From Eledone cirrhosa (lineage: Eukaryota): a stretch of 64,000 bases of DNA. Location of the stretch: NCBI GenBank assembly GCA_964016885.1, contig OZ024740.1, positions 233,244,001-233,308,000 on the forward strand, read 5' to 3'. Under the pieces are notes generated by a model, which was not told where the DNA came from, made no database searches, and worked only from the letters and a program-made list of their open reading frames with translations. Positions 14,931-26,490 of the stretch are shown piece after piece. A program made the translations under genes and the position numbers. The number at the start of each line of letters is the position of its first letter. The stretch's first letter is position 1.

Positions 14931-15543
14931 GTGTTTTTGTTGCCATCTCTAAGGTGGCGAGGGCTGGTATTAATCCCATTACTATCATTTAAACCATCAC
15001 CAATGTTGCCATTATTGTGGTTGACATTATTATAGTTACTAGCAGAAAAACCGCCCTTGGGCGGTTTTCTGCTAGCATATGTAGTGTGCATATTGGTATT
15101 ATACGCAAATAGATATATGTAAATTGAAAAGTAAATTGACAATATCTTCTTCTTCATCCACTTATTTCTGAGAGGGCCATGGGGGAAGAGTCCCCTTCTC
15201 AAACACTCCTTCTAGCAAGTCTGTCAGTAGCAAACGTCTCTAACTGATCCAGCTGGATCCCAAAGCGTGACCAGCCAAGCTCATGGATGTTATCCAACTA
15301 TCTTGCTCAGGATCTACCTCTGGGTCTCTTGCCGGTTGGTTTTGCCAGTAAAATGTGCCCAGTGATTCTTTACTGAGACATTCTAACCACATGCTCATAA
15401 TATTGGAGTTGGGATCTCTCAATTCGAAGAAGTAGCAGCTCTACCAGGAGTGACTCTCTGGTCTCTGAGTTATGCACTTTATCGAGTAACGTTACTCCAA
15501 AGACCCTTCGGAGGAATCCCATTCCTGCCAATTTTATTTGTTA

Positions 15544-16758
15544 CTAGCAGTAAAGCCCGGCGTTGCTCGGGGTCGCTCAGTAGCTGTGTTAAAGTTACAA
15601 TGTTAAGTTTCTTTTTTGGCTTAAAAACTGTACTGTCTACTGTGCAGACTTGCATGTGGTGTTTTTGATTAATATTCCCTCAACCAACAATATGCCTTAT
15701 GAAGTTAAGAAAACATAACGATAACCCGAATGTTATAACAAAAGAGGATGCTGGGGATAAAAACTGCACTGGTTATTTATTAACAAAGATCGAAAATGTA
15801 AACACTGCAACGCAGAGAAAAACATTAGCGTAACCAAATTATCAGTTATGTCTGTCTGCACGCCTATATCACCTCTCTGCACGACTGTCTGTCTGCACGC
15901 CTATATCAACTCTCTGCACGACTGTCTGTCTGCACGCCTATATCACCTCTCTGCACGACTGTCTGTCTGCACGCCTATATCACCTCTCTGCACGACTGTC
16001 TGTCTGCACGCCTATATCACCTCTCTGCACGACTGTCTGTCTGCACGCCTATATCACCTCTCTGCACGACTGTCTGTCTGCACGACTGTCTGTCTGCACG
16101 CCTAACGAAATTTACAGATACATATATTTTAAATAAACTTATATAATTTTTGCTTTTTTTAACGAAATATTTGCTTGTTTTACGTAGTCTTTAAATAGAC
16201 TTGTTTTCAAGTAAAAATATTGTTTTAAAAGGCTTTTAAATGGAAATGAAGCAAAACGGAAGCTTAGTGTTCGAACTGATGAATTTTGCAGGTCAAAATT
16301 TTGCTGGCTCGCCAACTGTTCGTGTATTGTGTTAATGTCATTTTAAACGCTGAGAAAGCCAGCGTAATTTTTTTAATTTTTGCCAGCGTAATTTTTTTAA
16401 TTTTTGCACGCAGAAAATGTAAACAGAACGTAAGACGCTACGCTGAATGTAAACAGAACAAAGGGAAATCACTTTTTTAATTTTTGCACGCAGAAAATGT
16501 AAAGAGAACGTAAGACGCTACGCTGAATGTAAACAGAACAAAGGGAAATAACTGATCACTTACGCTCAAAAATCGATACATTATATTCGATTTCGTCAGA
16601 TAGGGCGGGTCAATTTGAAATATTTTTTTCCCGATGTCTTCGCTAGGGCTCAATGTACAAGTATAGCAATTTCGGTGCAATTCCGTGAGAGATTCTAAGA
16701 GGAGATGTGTGCCAAAAATCGATAGACAGACAGACAACCTCAGTTTTATATATATAGA
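15544..16758 (-). mobile_element. Non-autonomous Helitron (1215 bp)
   Basis: Minus strand starts A|TCTATATATATAAAA and ends with hairpin cccgagcaacgccggg then CTAG|T; inserted at an AT dinucleotide without TSD. Confidence 0.85.
15849..16103. repeat. 37-bp minisatellite (about 6.5 copies) inside the Helitron
   Basis: Unit ctgtctgtctgcacgcctatatcacctctctgcacga; period 37 (15861, 15898). Confidence 0.95.
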
Positions 16759-17647
16759 TTGTATTCTTTTGGTCATTACTCAAGATTCATGATCCTCGGT
16801 AAGAGTTGGCAGGAATACCAGGAAGACAGCGAGTTTGGCTTTTACACTTACCATATTAAATGAGTTAAAAAAAAGAGTTAATAAATAAATAGATAAAGAG
16901 TTAATAAATAAATAAATAAAGAGTTAATAAATAAATAAAACGTTATACTTGTTTTATCCTCCCATTTCCACTTCACCGAACGCTATCATGATTGTATGTG
17001 TGTGTTTGTGTAAATGTATATGTGTGAATGTATATATATATAGGGAGTTAGAAACTCAGGGTAGTCTCTTACAATTAAATAGCTCTAAGAAAAAAGCTTT
17101 TCCGAGCCGTACAATATAATTGAATAAACTAATATAAACATACATGTGTTCGAATCGTAAGGACCAAGTTTTCTAGGGTGAAAAAAAATACTAATTACAG
17201 CAATATGGTTTGTCAGACTTAATTTTAAATATTAAATTAAGAAAAATAACAGACCTATATTGGGCAATCGCCTGGTAACAACTAGACAGTTTTAGAGACT
17301 GTTTTGCAACATCTTATTAAGTGAATGTATGTATGTTTGTGTGAAAGTATGTGTGTGAATTATGTCCGTAAGTTTGTGTTATAAGTTTGTGTTTGCGCGA
17401 TTATAGTTATATACTCATACATATAGATGTATGTATGTGCACAATCATACGCGTCAGGTGTAGAAAATCATAATCTCTCTATCTTTCTCATCACACACTC
17501 TCTCTTTCTATATATATGGTAGTTGAAGTGGTGGTGGCGATGATATACCGGAAGTGCAAATTTGAAAAGAATTCAATTTTAAACTATTTATTTTTACGAA
17601 ATTATTTATTTACGAAATTTAGTACATAAATTATGTAATATTCATTC

Positions 17648-17783
17648 ACGTCCCTTTACGAACTGAGTTCAAATCCCGCCGAGGTTAACTTTGCCTTTCA
17701 TCCTTAAGGGGTCGATAAAATAAAGTACCAGTAATGCGCTGTGATAATTGCTGGCCTTGTGCCAAAAGTAGAAACAATTATTT
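17648..17783 (+). mobile_element. SINE, 5'-truncated
   Basis: Same core as 7993-8186. Confidence 0.8.
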
Positions 17784-18931
17784 ATTCAAAGTAATCCAAC
17801 TTATTTTACTAACTCGATTAAAAGAAATAAACCGTTCGCACTCCCGCAGACCTTCCTTTATTATAGTTTAGATATTCATACGACGTGGTGCTATTTCTAT
17901 TGCTCGTGTTACAGCGTCTTCTACAGCCGTTGTTATAGTTGCTATGGTTTCTAACCTGGTCATCGGTCACACTACTGGCGCTGCGGTTAGTTTCTATGGT
18001 GGTGCTATTGTGCATGCTACTGCTAATACCATGATTCCTGTCCTGGTTACTATTATTGTTACCATGCCGGGCGACTGAATTGTTAAGGTTGACAGGGTTG
18101 TCATATTCGTTAATGTTGGTATTACAGGCATGTTTTATTCTAGTGAGCTTACTGTGGTTGCTTATTGCTATGAGGTCGACTAAATTAGGTGTAGTAGAAT
18201 AAGATATCTTGACATTATTCAAGTTGAGAATCTTTCGGTACCTGTGGTTAGGTGGGAAGTTCCTCTCTAAGGCGTCTAAGAAGATTCTGTGTATATTAGA
18301 GGCTACACTCCGAGAGTAGGGGAGATGGAACCATAAGACATTACGCCCGCGTTTACATGTCGTCTCAGGGTTGGTGCGGAGTTTTTGCCCTGGTGGGTGT
18401 AGTTATTAAGGTGGTTGGGCTGCTGGCTAATGGGTGCTCTGTTCGCATTATGCCCATGTGTTAAGCCACCCAATGCATGGCGGCTCTGGATTACCCTATG
18501 CGTGTTGGAGGGTGTTGGTAATATACCGTCACCGTCATTAAGCCTGTATGCGGGGAATTTTTCAGGGTAAGTTGCCGTTAATTCCGTTAACCGAACTACG
18601 ATGGTGTGGGTATGGTAATTCACCCATCCAGCCACCCTTGTAGTTATGATGCAAGCCAGAGCTAGCCGCATTATTAGTTCGAATGCATAGCGATGTGATA
18701 TTATTATACCTTCTCAGGGTTTTGTAATTAAGGACTTTGCTATCTGAATATCTGCTTCCGACGAACCCCTCTGGGCGAAACACGTGTAAGAGTTATATAA
18801 AGATATGTTTTAACGGCTTGTAACTCTTTCATTCACTCATTCCTTTGCTTATATATATATATAAATATATATATATAAATGAAATAAAATAACAGGAGGC
18901 TGGACTGGTGTAAATCCTTGAAAAGTTTATT

Positions 18932-18989
18932 ATACTATGATCATTTCAATGATCGGGTTCCATATGAATCCGGTGATATCATCAGGTAT
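18932..18989 (-). ncRNA. Minimal hammerhead motif near the end of a (TA)n-flanked 1.1-kb element
   Basis: atac-CTGATGA-t..ggattc-atatg-gaaccc..t-GAAATGATCATA-gtat; stem I atac/gtat, stem III ATGATCAT, AUA site. Confidence 0.75.
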
Positions 18990-19999
18990 TGGAATATAAA
19001 AGGAATATGTAAAAAACCATGGGTCCGAAAAATCAGAGACAGAGACAGAGAGGACGACTGACCAACTAGCTTCTCGGCCAGTTGCCCTCAAAGTGTTGGC
19101 AACTGAAGCTACTAATGAGTATCTAGTGAGGGGGCGAAGGTTTATATTGCACTACCACCACTCCGTCAAAGAAGAAGGGGGGGGGAGAAAGAAAGGGAGA
19201 AAGAAGAGTAGTGTAAAGGTCATACTACATTCATGCTAGAAAATGCCGCGAAAAAATGCTACCCCAGAGAATCTATAATGTGTGTCTGTATGGTCTAGTC
19301 TAATGTGTGAACCGAAGATTGGAACGTTAAACTTATGTTGCGAGTTATAGGATGAAATTAAATTGAATTAAACATATTAAATTGCAAAATGATAAATTGA
19401 AAAGTAAGTTATTAGAGAATTAAAGATTAAGGTAGCGAGATTTATTTATTTAATGAACTTACGGAGAGAGTCTTATATGAAAAAATGTATCTCGATAAGA
19501 TATTAGGATGGGATATAGAGTAAAGATTTCGATTGGGAGTCCCAGCCCCCCGCCCTGAGTGAGCCAGTCTCGAGTGGTATGGTCCAGCGAAAAAAAGCGA
19601 AATTAATTTTTTCGAGTACTCTAGTAACGTAGCTACCTTAGGCTTTGGGAGCGCTAGCGGGAACACCACAATTTCGACAGGCCATCGTCTATACAAAACG
19701 AATACTATTAAATCCCACATGAGGGGCTTATTTACGTGCCAATAGAGGCATGATACAGCTAATAGTTATGCCTAAACCTGGAGTTTGTAGGTACAAGTAT
19801 AATGTGGCGGCCAAAACAGGCGGCGCGGTGGGACCGGGGCAAGCATGCCGCTCCGAGTAATTTCGTTTACCGAAAGAGGAGAAATTTATTTTTCCGAGCA
19901 CTCAAGGAAGGGTGAACTTTCCGAGTGCCCAGCGCCCAGCCGGGAAAAAGCCACCACACAAGTCGAAGGTAGCAACCCAATGAACCAACAAACCTAAAT

Positions 20000-20040
<41 letters not shown>

Positions 20041-20467
20041 TATGTGTATGTGTGTATGTGTGTGTGTGTGTGTGAGTGTGTGTGTGTATGTTACATTATT
20101 TATGTGGGGATGGGTAAGAAAACCTGTGGTGTTGTGGCGAAGCCAGAAGAATTAGGCCAATTTGAATAAATGTAATGGTGAAAGAGAATATATTAACCAT
20201 CTTGATTTATTGGAGTGTATGTGTATGTTTGTGTGCATGTTTGCATGGCGTTCACCATTTCTATGTTTGAAGTGGTTAGAGCGCCTAACCGGCTTAATTG
20301 CAGACACGCAGCCAGCAATTGACGCCACCCCAAAACTCTTAATTTTTCCCACCAAAGAATGGCCCGGTCATGCAAATACAAATCTTTTATGTCTGTCAAC
20401 AAAAGAACCTATTTTCTAGTTTTCTCAAAAAATCAAAGATTATCTGGTCTGTATTATAATCGTTGAT

Positions 20468-21120
20468 ATAGGGCGGTGAATCGCCAGTATCGGTAGAGGG
20501 TTGGACGCCATGCTTTCTAGCATAGTTACGTCCCTTTACAGTCTGAGTTCAAATCCCGCCGAGGTTAACTTTGACTTTCATCCTTACGGGGTCGATAAAA
20601 TAAAGTACTGAGTAATTGCTGGCCTTGTGCCTAAAGTAGAAACAATTATGAGTGTTGATGTTTCTTTTGTTAGAATTATTATTGTATTTGTTGTTGGTTG
20701 TTGTTTAACACTTAATGTACTTTAATTAACTGGCGTATTTATATATTTTATTATTTTAAGCATAGAGTTACCTTCCTGTATGATCTGAGTTCAAATCCCG
20801 CCGAGGTTGACTTTGCCTTTCATCCTTACGGGGTCGATAAAATAAAGTATCAGTAATGCACTGGGTAATTGCTGGCCTTGTGCCAAAAGTAGAAACAATT
20901 ATTTTAATATTTTAGGCTATGGATTGGTAGAATCAGTAGAGAGTCGCACACCATGCTTTGCAGCATAGAGTTACGGCCCTTTACGGTCTGAGTTCAAATC
21001 CTACCGAGGTTAACTTTGCCTTTCATCTTTACGGGCTCGATAAAATAAAGTACCAGTCACCTACTGGGATCGATTTAGTCGCCTTTGCTGGCCTTGTGCC
21101 TATACAAGAAATCATTATTT
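20468..21120 (+). mobile_element. Cluster of three SINE copies
   Basis: Copies at about 20468-20649, 20761-20902 and 20918-21120. Confidence 0.85.
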
Positions 21121-21309
21121 TAATATTTTAATTTGTATGAGTTCTAGTGCTATGGAGTTGAAATAACTGTGTGTGTGGGGGGAGGGCGTATGCATGATTG
21201 TAGCACTTAATATTCTTGTATGCATGTTGGTTTGCACCAATCTACAAGTGTGCGTGCGTGAGATGCTGTTTGTGGGAGAGAGGTGTGAAAGCATGGGTCT
21301 TATTAGGTG

Positions 21310-21720
21310 TCTAGTAAATGGTACCAGCATGTCCCAGAAAAGTCCTTGAGGAGAGAAACAAACACAATATACACCATTAGTACAGTATGCAAAGATCCGC
21401 GTATTATTGAAAACAGCAGATCTGATATTGAAGTTGTACTAAAAGTTATACATGAATACCAGATTATTGATGTTAACATCCAATGAATTCACAAAATAGC
21501 CTTGAAAGGAATTGAAAAATGAATGAAATATACTGACTTGAAGATCAAAATTGCACGAATGTGGTTAATACCACAGAACAAAATGAGGATATTTCCAGTT
21601 GTTACCGGGGCTTTGGGCTCGATATCATTAAAGAGTATCTGAAAATGTATTTTCAGCAAATGGAGCTCAAATCATAAATTGCATTCCTACAAGACTGCCC
21701 TGTTGTGCACTGCATATTCC
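21310..21720 (+). mobile_element. Decayed R4/Dong-like LINE C-terminal (RLE endonuclease) fragment
   Basis: Remnants RSDI...YQIIDV...KYTDLKIKIARMW...FPVVTGALGSI. Confidence 0.6.
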
Positions 21721-22172
21721 CGGTACAGACAGATGAAGATCCAATAATTATCGCATTTACTATGAAAACCATCAATAGTTATAAGGGATTCTAATTCAGA
21801 CACAGGTTAGTAATTTGGGAGGGGTTAGCCGAACAAATCGGCCCCACTACTTGAAGAGTACTTTATTAATCAATCCAGAAAAGGTGAAACGCTAAGGTGA
21901 ATGGGGCAGGATTCGAACACAGGACCTAAAGAGCCGTTCTTTCTTTTGTAACTTCAATTCTTTATAGAAAGATTCTTATTAATTTCCTACTTTCATTTTT
22001 ACTGCATACATTTCAATCTATATTCAGTTTGACCAACAATATCTGTGTTCAGCCTTGATGAGCATAGCTATTTTTCTGACTTTGATAGAATGTTGCTATT
22101 AGAAAGTATGTGCCCCGGGACATGGTTCATAACTCAATAGCTATAGGTATTCCCTTCTCTATCACACACACG

Positions 22173-22230
<58 letters not shown>

Positions 22231-22256
22231 TATCTGGTAATACAATGTATGCTTAG

Positions 22257-22600
22257 TTAAAAGCATTTTGAAGACCTTACGCTATTGTTTTAAAGTAGTG
22301 ACTATGTCACTTACTTCTTTTTTCAACAAACAAAGGGAGATAAGCTGATAGATCTCTGTTTCATACTGTTGGTATTCCTCAGAGCTTAACACTCCCCTTT
22401 TTTGTTGAAAAATTATGAATGCTGGATTCGTATAGAATTCCAGTAATAATCAGGAACTAATTATAGAGAGCGGTTGCCGGAAAAAATTGAAAATTAGAAT
22501 AGCGATGTATATATATGAATGTATATATATGTATATAAAGAAGTAAGTGACATAGTCACTATTTTAAAACAATAGCGTAAGGTCTTCAAAATGGTTTTAA
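22257..22600. mobile_element. (TA)n-flanked element with 64-bp inverted repeats and internal HHR
   Basis: Arms 22257-22320/22537-22600. Confidence 0.8.
22341..22388 (-). ncRNA. Hammerhead motif with extended stem I
   Basis: taagct-CTGAGGA-atac-caaca-gtat-GAAACAG-agat-CTATC-agctta; one mismatch in stem III; stem I extends into gggag/ctccc and ttcaacaaa/tttgttgaa. Confidence 0.75.
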
Positions 22601-22601
22601 T

Positions 22602-22673
<72 letters not shown>

Positions 22674-22932
22674 GAAAAAAATGAAACGAAATTTCATTTC
22701 ACACTCTTAGTACGGCTGTTACTTAAATATAAGTATGTACATGTACATATATGTATACAGACGTACAGTAGTATGTATATATATATACACACATGCACAC
22801 ATATATATATATGTGCGTATGGATTCACCGAACATTTATTATAATGCTCGGTGTGTTTGTAAACAAACATCCCGTATTAAGCCGTAGTGTCTAGCAACCA
22901 TCGTTGCTCGTTTGTACAACACTGACAAAGGA

Positions 22933-22975
22933 ACGTTGTACTAGTTTCAAGCTTATTAGCTATCGTCAGCAACGT
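22933..22975 (-). ncRNA. Intact minimal type-I hammerhead motif
   Basis: acgttg-CTGACGA-t-agct-aata-agct-t-GAAACTAGTA-caacgt; 6-bp stem I, palindromic stem III ACTAGT, GUA site. Confidence 0.85.
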
Positions 22976-23187
22976 ATACCTTCCTGCCAGATTGTTGAAC
23001 GTATATACTTGCCTTATGCATATTAACGGCTGAGTAGCCCAATTTGCATATGGAGTGGGTTAATCGGCCGGGTGCACCGAAAACGATAAACGGAAAAATT
23101 GAAACGAAATTTCATTTCCCACTCTTAGTACGGCTGTTACTTAAATATAAGTATGTACACGTACATACATATCTGGCAGGAAGGTAT

Positions 23188-23230
23188 ATGTTGCTGACGA
23201 TAGCTAATAAGCTTGAAACTAGTACAACGT
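23188..23230 (+). ncRNA. Minimal hammerhead motif (second copy; third copy at 23614-23656 has GTA>GAA)
   Basis: atgttg-CTGACGA-tagctaataagctt-GAAACTAGTA-caacgt. Confidence 0.82.
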
Positions 23231-23859
23231 TCCTTTGTCAGTGTTGAACAAACGAGCAACGATAGTTGCTAGACACTACGGCGTAATACGGGATGTTTGT
23301 TTACAAACACACCGAGCATTATAACAAATGTTCGGTGAATCCATACGTACATATATATATATATATATATGTGTGCATGTATGTATATATACATACTACT
23401 GTACGTCTGTATACATATATGTATGTACGTGTACATACTTATATTTAAGTAACAGCCGTACTAAGAGTGGGAAAGGAAATTTCGTTTCATTTTTTCCGTT
23501 TATCGTTTTCGATGCACCCGGCCGATTAACCCACTCGATATGCAAATTGGGCTACTCAGCCGTTAATATGCATAAGGTAAGTATATACGTTCAACACTCT
23601 GGCAGGAAGGTATACGTTGCTGACGATAGCTAATAAGCTTGAAACTAGAACAGCGTTCCTTTGTCAGTGTTGAACAAACGAGCAACGATGGTTGCTAGAC
23701 ACTACGACTTAATACGGGATGTTTGTTTACAAACACATCGAGCATTATAATAAATGTTCGGTGAATCCATACGTACATATATATATATGTGTGCATGTAT
23801 GTATATATATATACATACTACTGTACGTCTGTATACATATATGTATGTACGCGTACATA

Positions 23860-23906
<47 letters not shown>

Positions 23907-23949
23907 CTTTTAATTAATAAAAGGCCTCGGGCGCACCCGAACTATACCA

Positions 23950-24842
23950 ATGTCCTGTAATTCAGCGCCGAAACATCGGTTCGGGATACATTTACAGCTG
24001 ACGATGGAAACTCCTTTCTTCCTTTCTCCTCCTGTTCCGTCCTAACCACCATCCTAAAGTAACCACACAGCTCCTTTCGTTTCATAAGTTTTTGTATTTA
24101 CGGCTGTGACCCTACCTGCTTTGGTCGATCAGTGTACTCTCCAGACTTTCGCATCGACCCTCCCTTCTCTCTTCCCTTCTCTCTTCCATTCTCCTCCTCA
24201 CTGGGTTTTTTTCTCTCTCCTTCTCTCTCTCTCTCTATCCATCCGTTCGGTTTTGATTGTTGACATGTTTACACGTGTCGTGGGTGGCCTCTCTGTCCGC
24301 AATCTTTGCGGCACGTTTTTACCACCGTCGTAAAAAAAATCCCTTCTCCTCATCACTTTTGGTTGCCCGTGTCTCTCTCTCACTTTCTCCTGTCTATGTG
24401 AGAGGCAGCACGATTATACCAGCTCTGAGTCGTAGCTGACCACCAGGCTAAAGTCTCCCAGGTTGGCCACAACTTACTTTCCCTATTTTACCACGGTTAC
24501 TTATTTGCCTGTTTCTTTCACCTGTGTCTTCCCACGATGGGATCTGTACACTTTGTTTCTTCTATCCTTTCCTATTTTCCCCCTTCTTCCTCTCTCCTCA
24601 TCTCCCCCCCCCCTGTCTTCCTCCTTTCCCTCTCTTTCCTTTCATCTCTCCTTTTTTTCTCTCTTTCTCTCTCCTTTTCCATCTGGCCTTCAGCGATGTC
24701 CTGTACTTCAGCGCCGAAACATCGGTTCGGGATACATTTACAGCTGACGATGGAACTCCTTTCTTCCTTTCTCCTCCTGTTCCGTCTTAACCACCATCCT
24801 AAACCTTGTTTTAGTAACCACACAGCTCCTTTCGTTTCATAA
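23950..24842. mobile_element. Element with about 140-bp direct terminal repeats (746-bp period) between (TA)n tracts
   Basis: 23950-24087 matches 24696-24842. Confidence 0.75.
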
Positions 24843-24944
24843 CTTTATATACATATACAATATATATATATATGGTTTTATAAATATAGTTTCCATTTAT
24901 TAATATCATTGATATATATATATATATATATATATATATCAATG

Positions 24945-25082
24945 CTCACCGACATCCAGAGTTGACATTGCACTCAGTGCTCCTGTGGGATCCCCTACAT
25001 GGACGCACTAGAAGAGGAAGACCAAGGTTAACGTATGTTGATGCCCTAAGGACAGACAATGGTCTGTTGGAGACGCAGGATA

Positions 25083-25085
<3 letters not shown>
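24945..25085 (+). mobile_element. RTE-type LINE 3' fragment
   Basis: VLLWDPLHGRTRRGRPRLTYVDALRTD motif. Confidence 0.65.
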
Positions 25086-25170
<85 letters not shown>

Positions 25171-25173
<3 letters not shown>

Positions 25174-25512
25174 GATATTAATAAATGGAAACTATATTTA
25201 TAAAACCTTATTTATTCTATTATATATATTTCAAGGGTACCAAAACTTTGGTACGCACTCATCAGATAAAATACAAAGTTTGTTTTATAAATATTGACAT
25301 ATCCAGGAAGGAGATCTTGACGGTTCAAGTTTTTCCTGACTATCCAGGAAAAACTTGAACCGTTAAGATCTCCTTCCTGGATATGTCAATATTTATAAAA
25401 CAAACTTTGTATTTTATCTGATGAGTGCGTACCAAAGTTTTGGTACCCTTGAAAATTATATAATAGAATAAATACGGTTTTATAAATATAGTTTCAATGT
25501 ATTAATATCATT
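25171..25512. mobile_element. 342-bp near-perfect palindrome with mirrored HHRs (minus 25213-25273, plus 25410-25470), flanked by (TA)n
   Basis: Centre cctg-actatc-cagg at 25335-25348; minus copy tattttat-CTGATGA-g..gtacc-aaagtttt-ggtac..GAAATATATATA-atagaata. Confidence 0.85.
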
Positions 25513-25604
25513 GATATTATACTCCAGCAAATCTATCGAGTGCTTCGAATCAGTTATTAATATATATATTTGTTGAATTACCAACAAATTAAATATCCCT
25601 TTTG

Positions 25605-25672
<68 letters not shown>

Positions 25673-25715
25673 AGGAAGTTATAGTTCACTTGATGCATTG
25701 TGTAATGAGGTATAA

Positions 25716-26130
25716 ACGTTTGTATATGTATAATAAAGCCAAAACTATGCAGGTATGGACATAGAATAAAGAATGCAAATGCAAAAGATATTGTTGACAA
25801 TTAGTCTTTTACCTTAGATTTATTTAAATGTCCTTAATTTTCGAGATAATATCTCTTCTTCGGAGGGAAGTAAAGCGGTTAAACTAGTGTTCTAAATAGC
25901 TTGCCAAGTCATGATGACAGCATAACTTGGCAAGCATGACTTGGCAAGCTATTTAGAACACTGGTTTAACCGCTTTACTTCCTTCCAAAGAAGAGATATT
26001 ATCTCGAAAATTAAGGACATTTAAATAAATCTAAGTTAAAAGACTAATTGTCAACAATATCTTTTGCATTTACATTCTTTATTCTATGTCCATACGTGCA
26101 TTGTTTTGGCTTTATTATACATATATAAAC

Positions 26131-26132
<2 letters not shown>
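25716..26132. mobile_element. 417-bp palindrome (198-bp arms) with decayed HHR, between (TA)n tracts
   Basis: Arms 25716-25913/25935-26132; minus 25832-25866 cct-CCGAAGA-a-gagat-att-atctc-GAAAATTA-agg. Confidence 0.8.
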
Positions 26133-26174
<42 letters not shown>

Positions 26175-26380
26175 CATCAGGGTGTAAATTGTTGTTTAAT
26201 ATAGGTGTTGGCTTCCTATATATAATTATATATTTGGAAAAATAAACACATTTTTCTTCTTTAAGAAACATCCCTTGATATCTTAAATAGATACTCTTAT
26301 TAACAGTAACAAAAATGTCTGCCTCCATTCTCTCTTTTTGCCTGAGTGCTTCTCTTTCTCTCTCTCGCTCTATGTGGGTA

Positions 26381-26490
<110 letters not shown>

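Larger units (their letters stand above)
15143..16855 (-). mobile_element. RTE (Expander-like) fragment split by a Helitron
   Basis: 15143-15530 and 16760-16855 are reverse-complement homologues of consecutive parts of 10640-11120. Confidence 0.75.
13775..18839 (-). mobile_element. Penelope-like element remnant (Nematis-like linker plus GIY-YIG), bounded by about 156-bp inverted pLTR copies with HHR motifs; carries nested insertions
   Basis: Minus strand RNVLWFHLPYSRSVASNIHRIFLDALERNFPPNHRYRKILNLNNVKISYSTTPNL (about 18345-18180) and a GIY-YIG at 14930-14607; IRs 13775-13930/18684-18839. Confidence 0.85.
22671..23863. mobile_element. Retrozyme-like element: 426-bp monomer in inverted plus tandem copies, three HHRs, inserted in (TA)n
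   Basis: 22671-23171 in one orientation and 23172-23863 in the other; CTGACGA at 23194 and 23620 (period 426). Confidence 0.88.

Noticed and set aside
22050-22120. ttgatga-gcatagc...gctat..gaaa possible hammerhead
   Set aside because: No convincing stem I, stem III or NUH site
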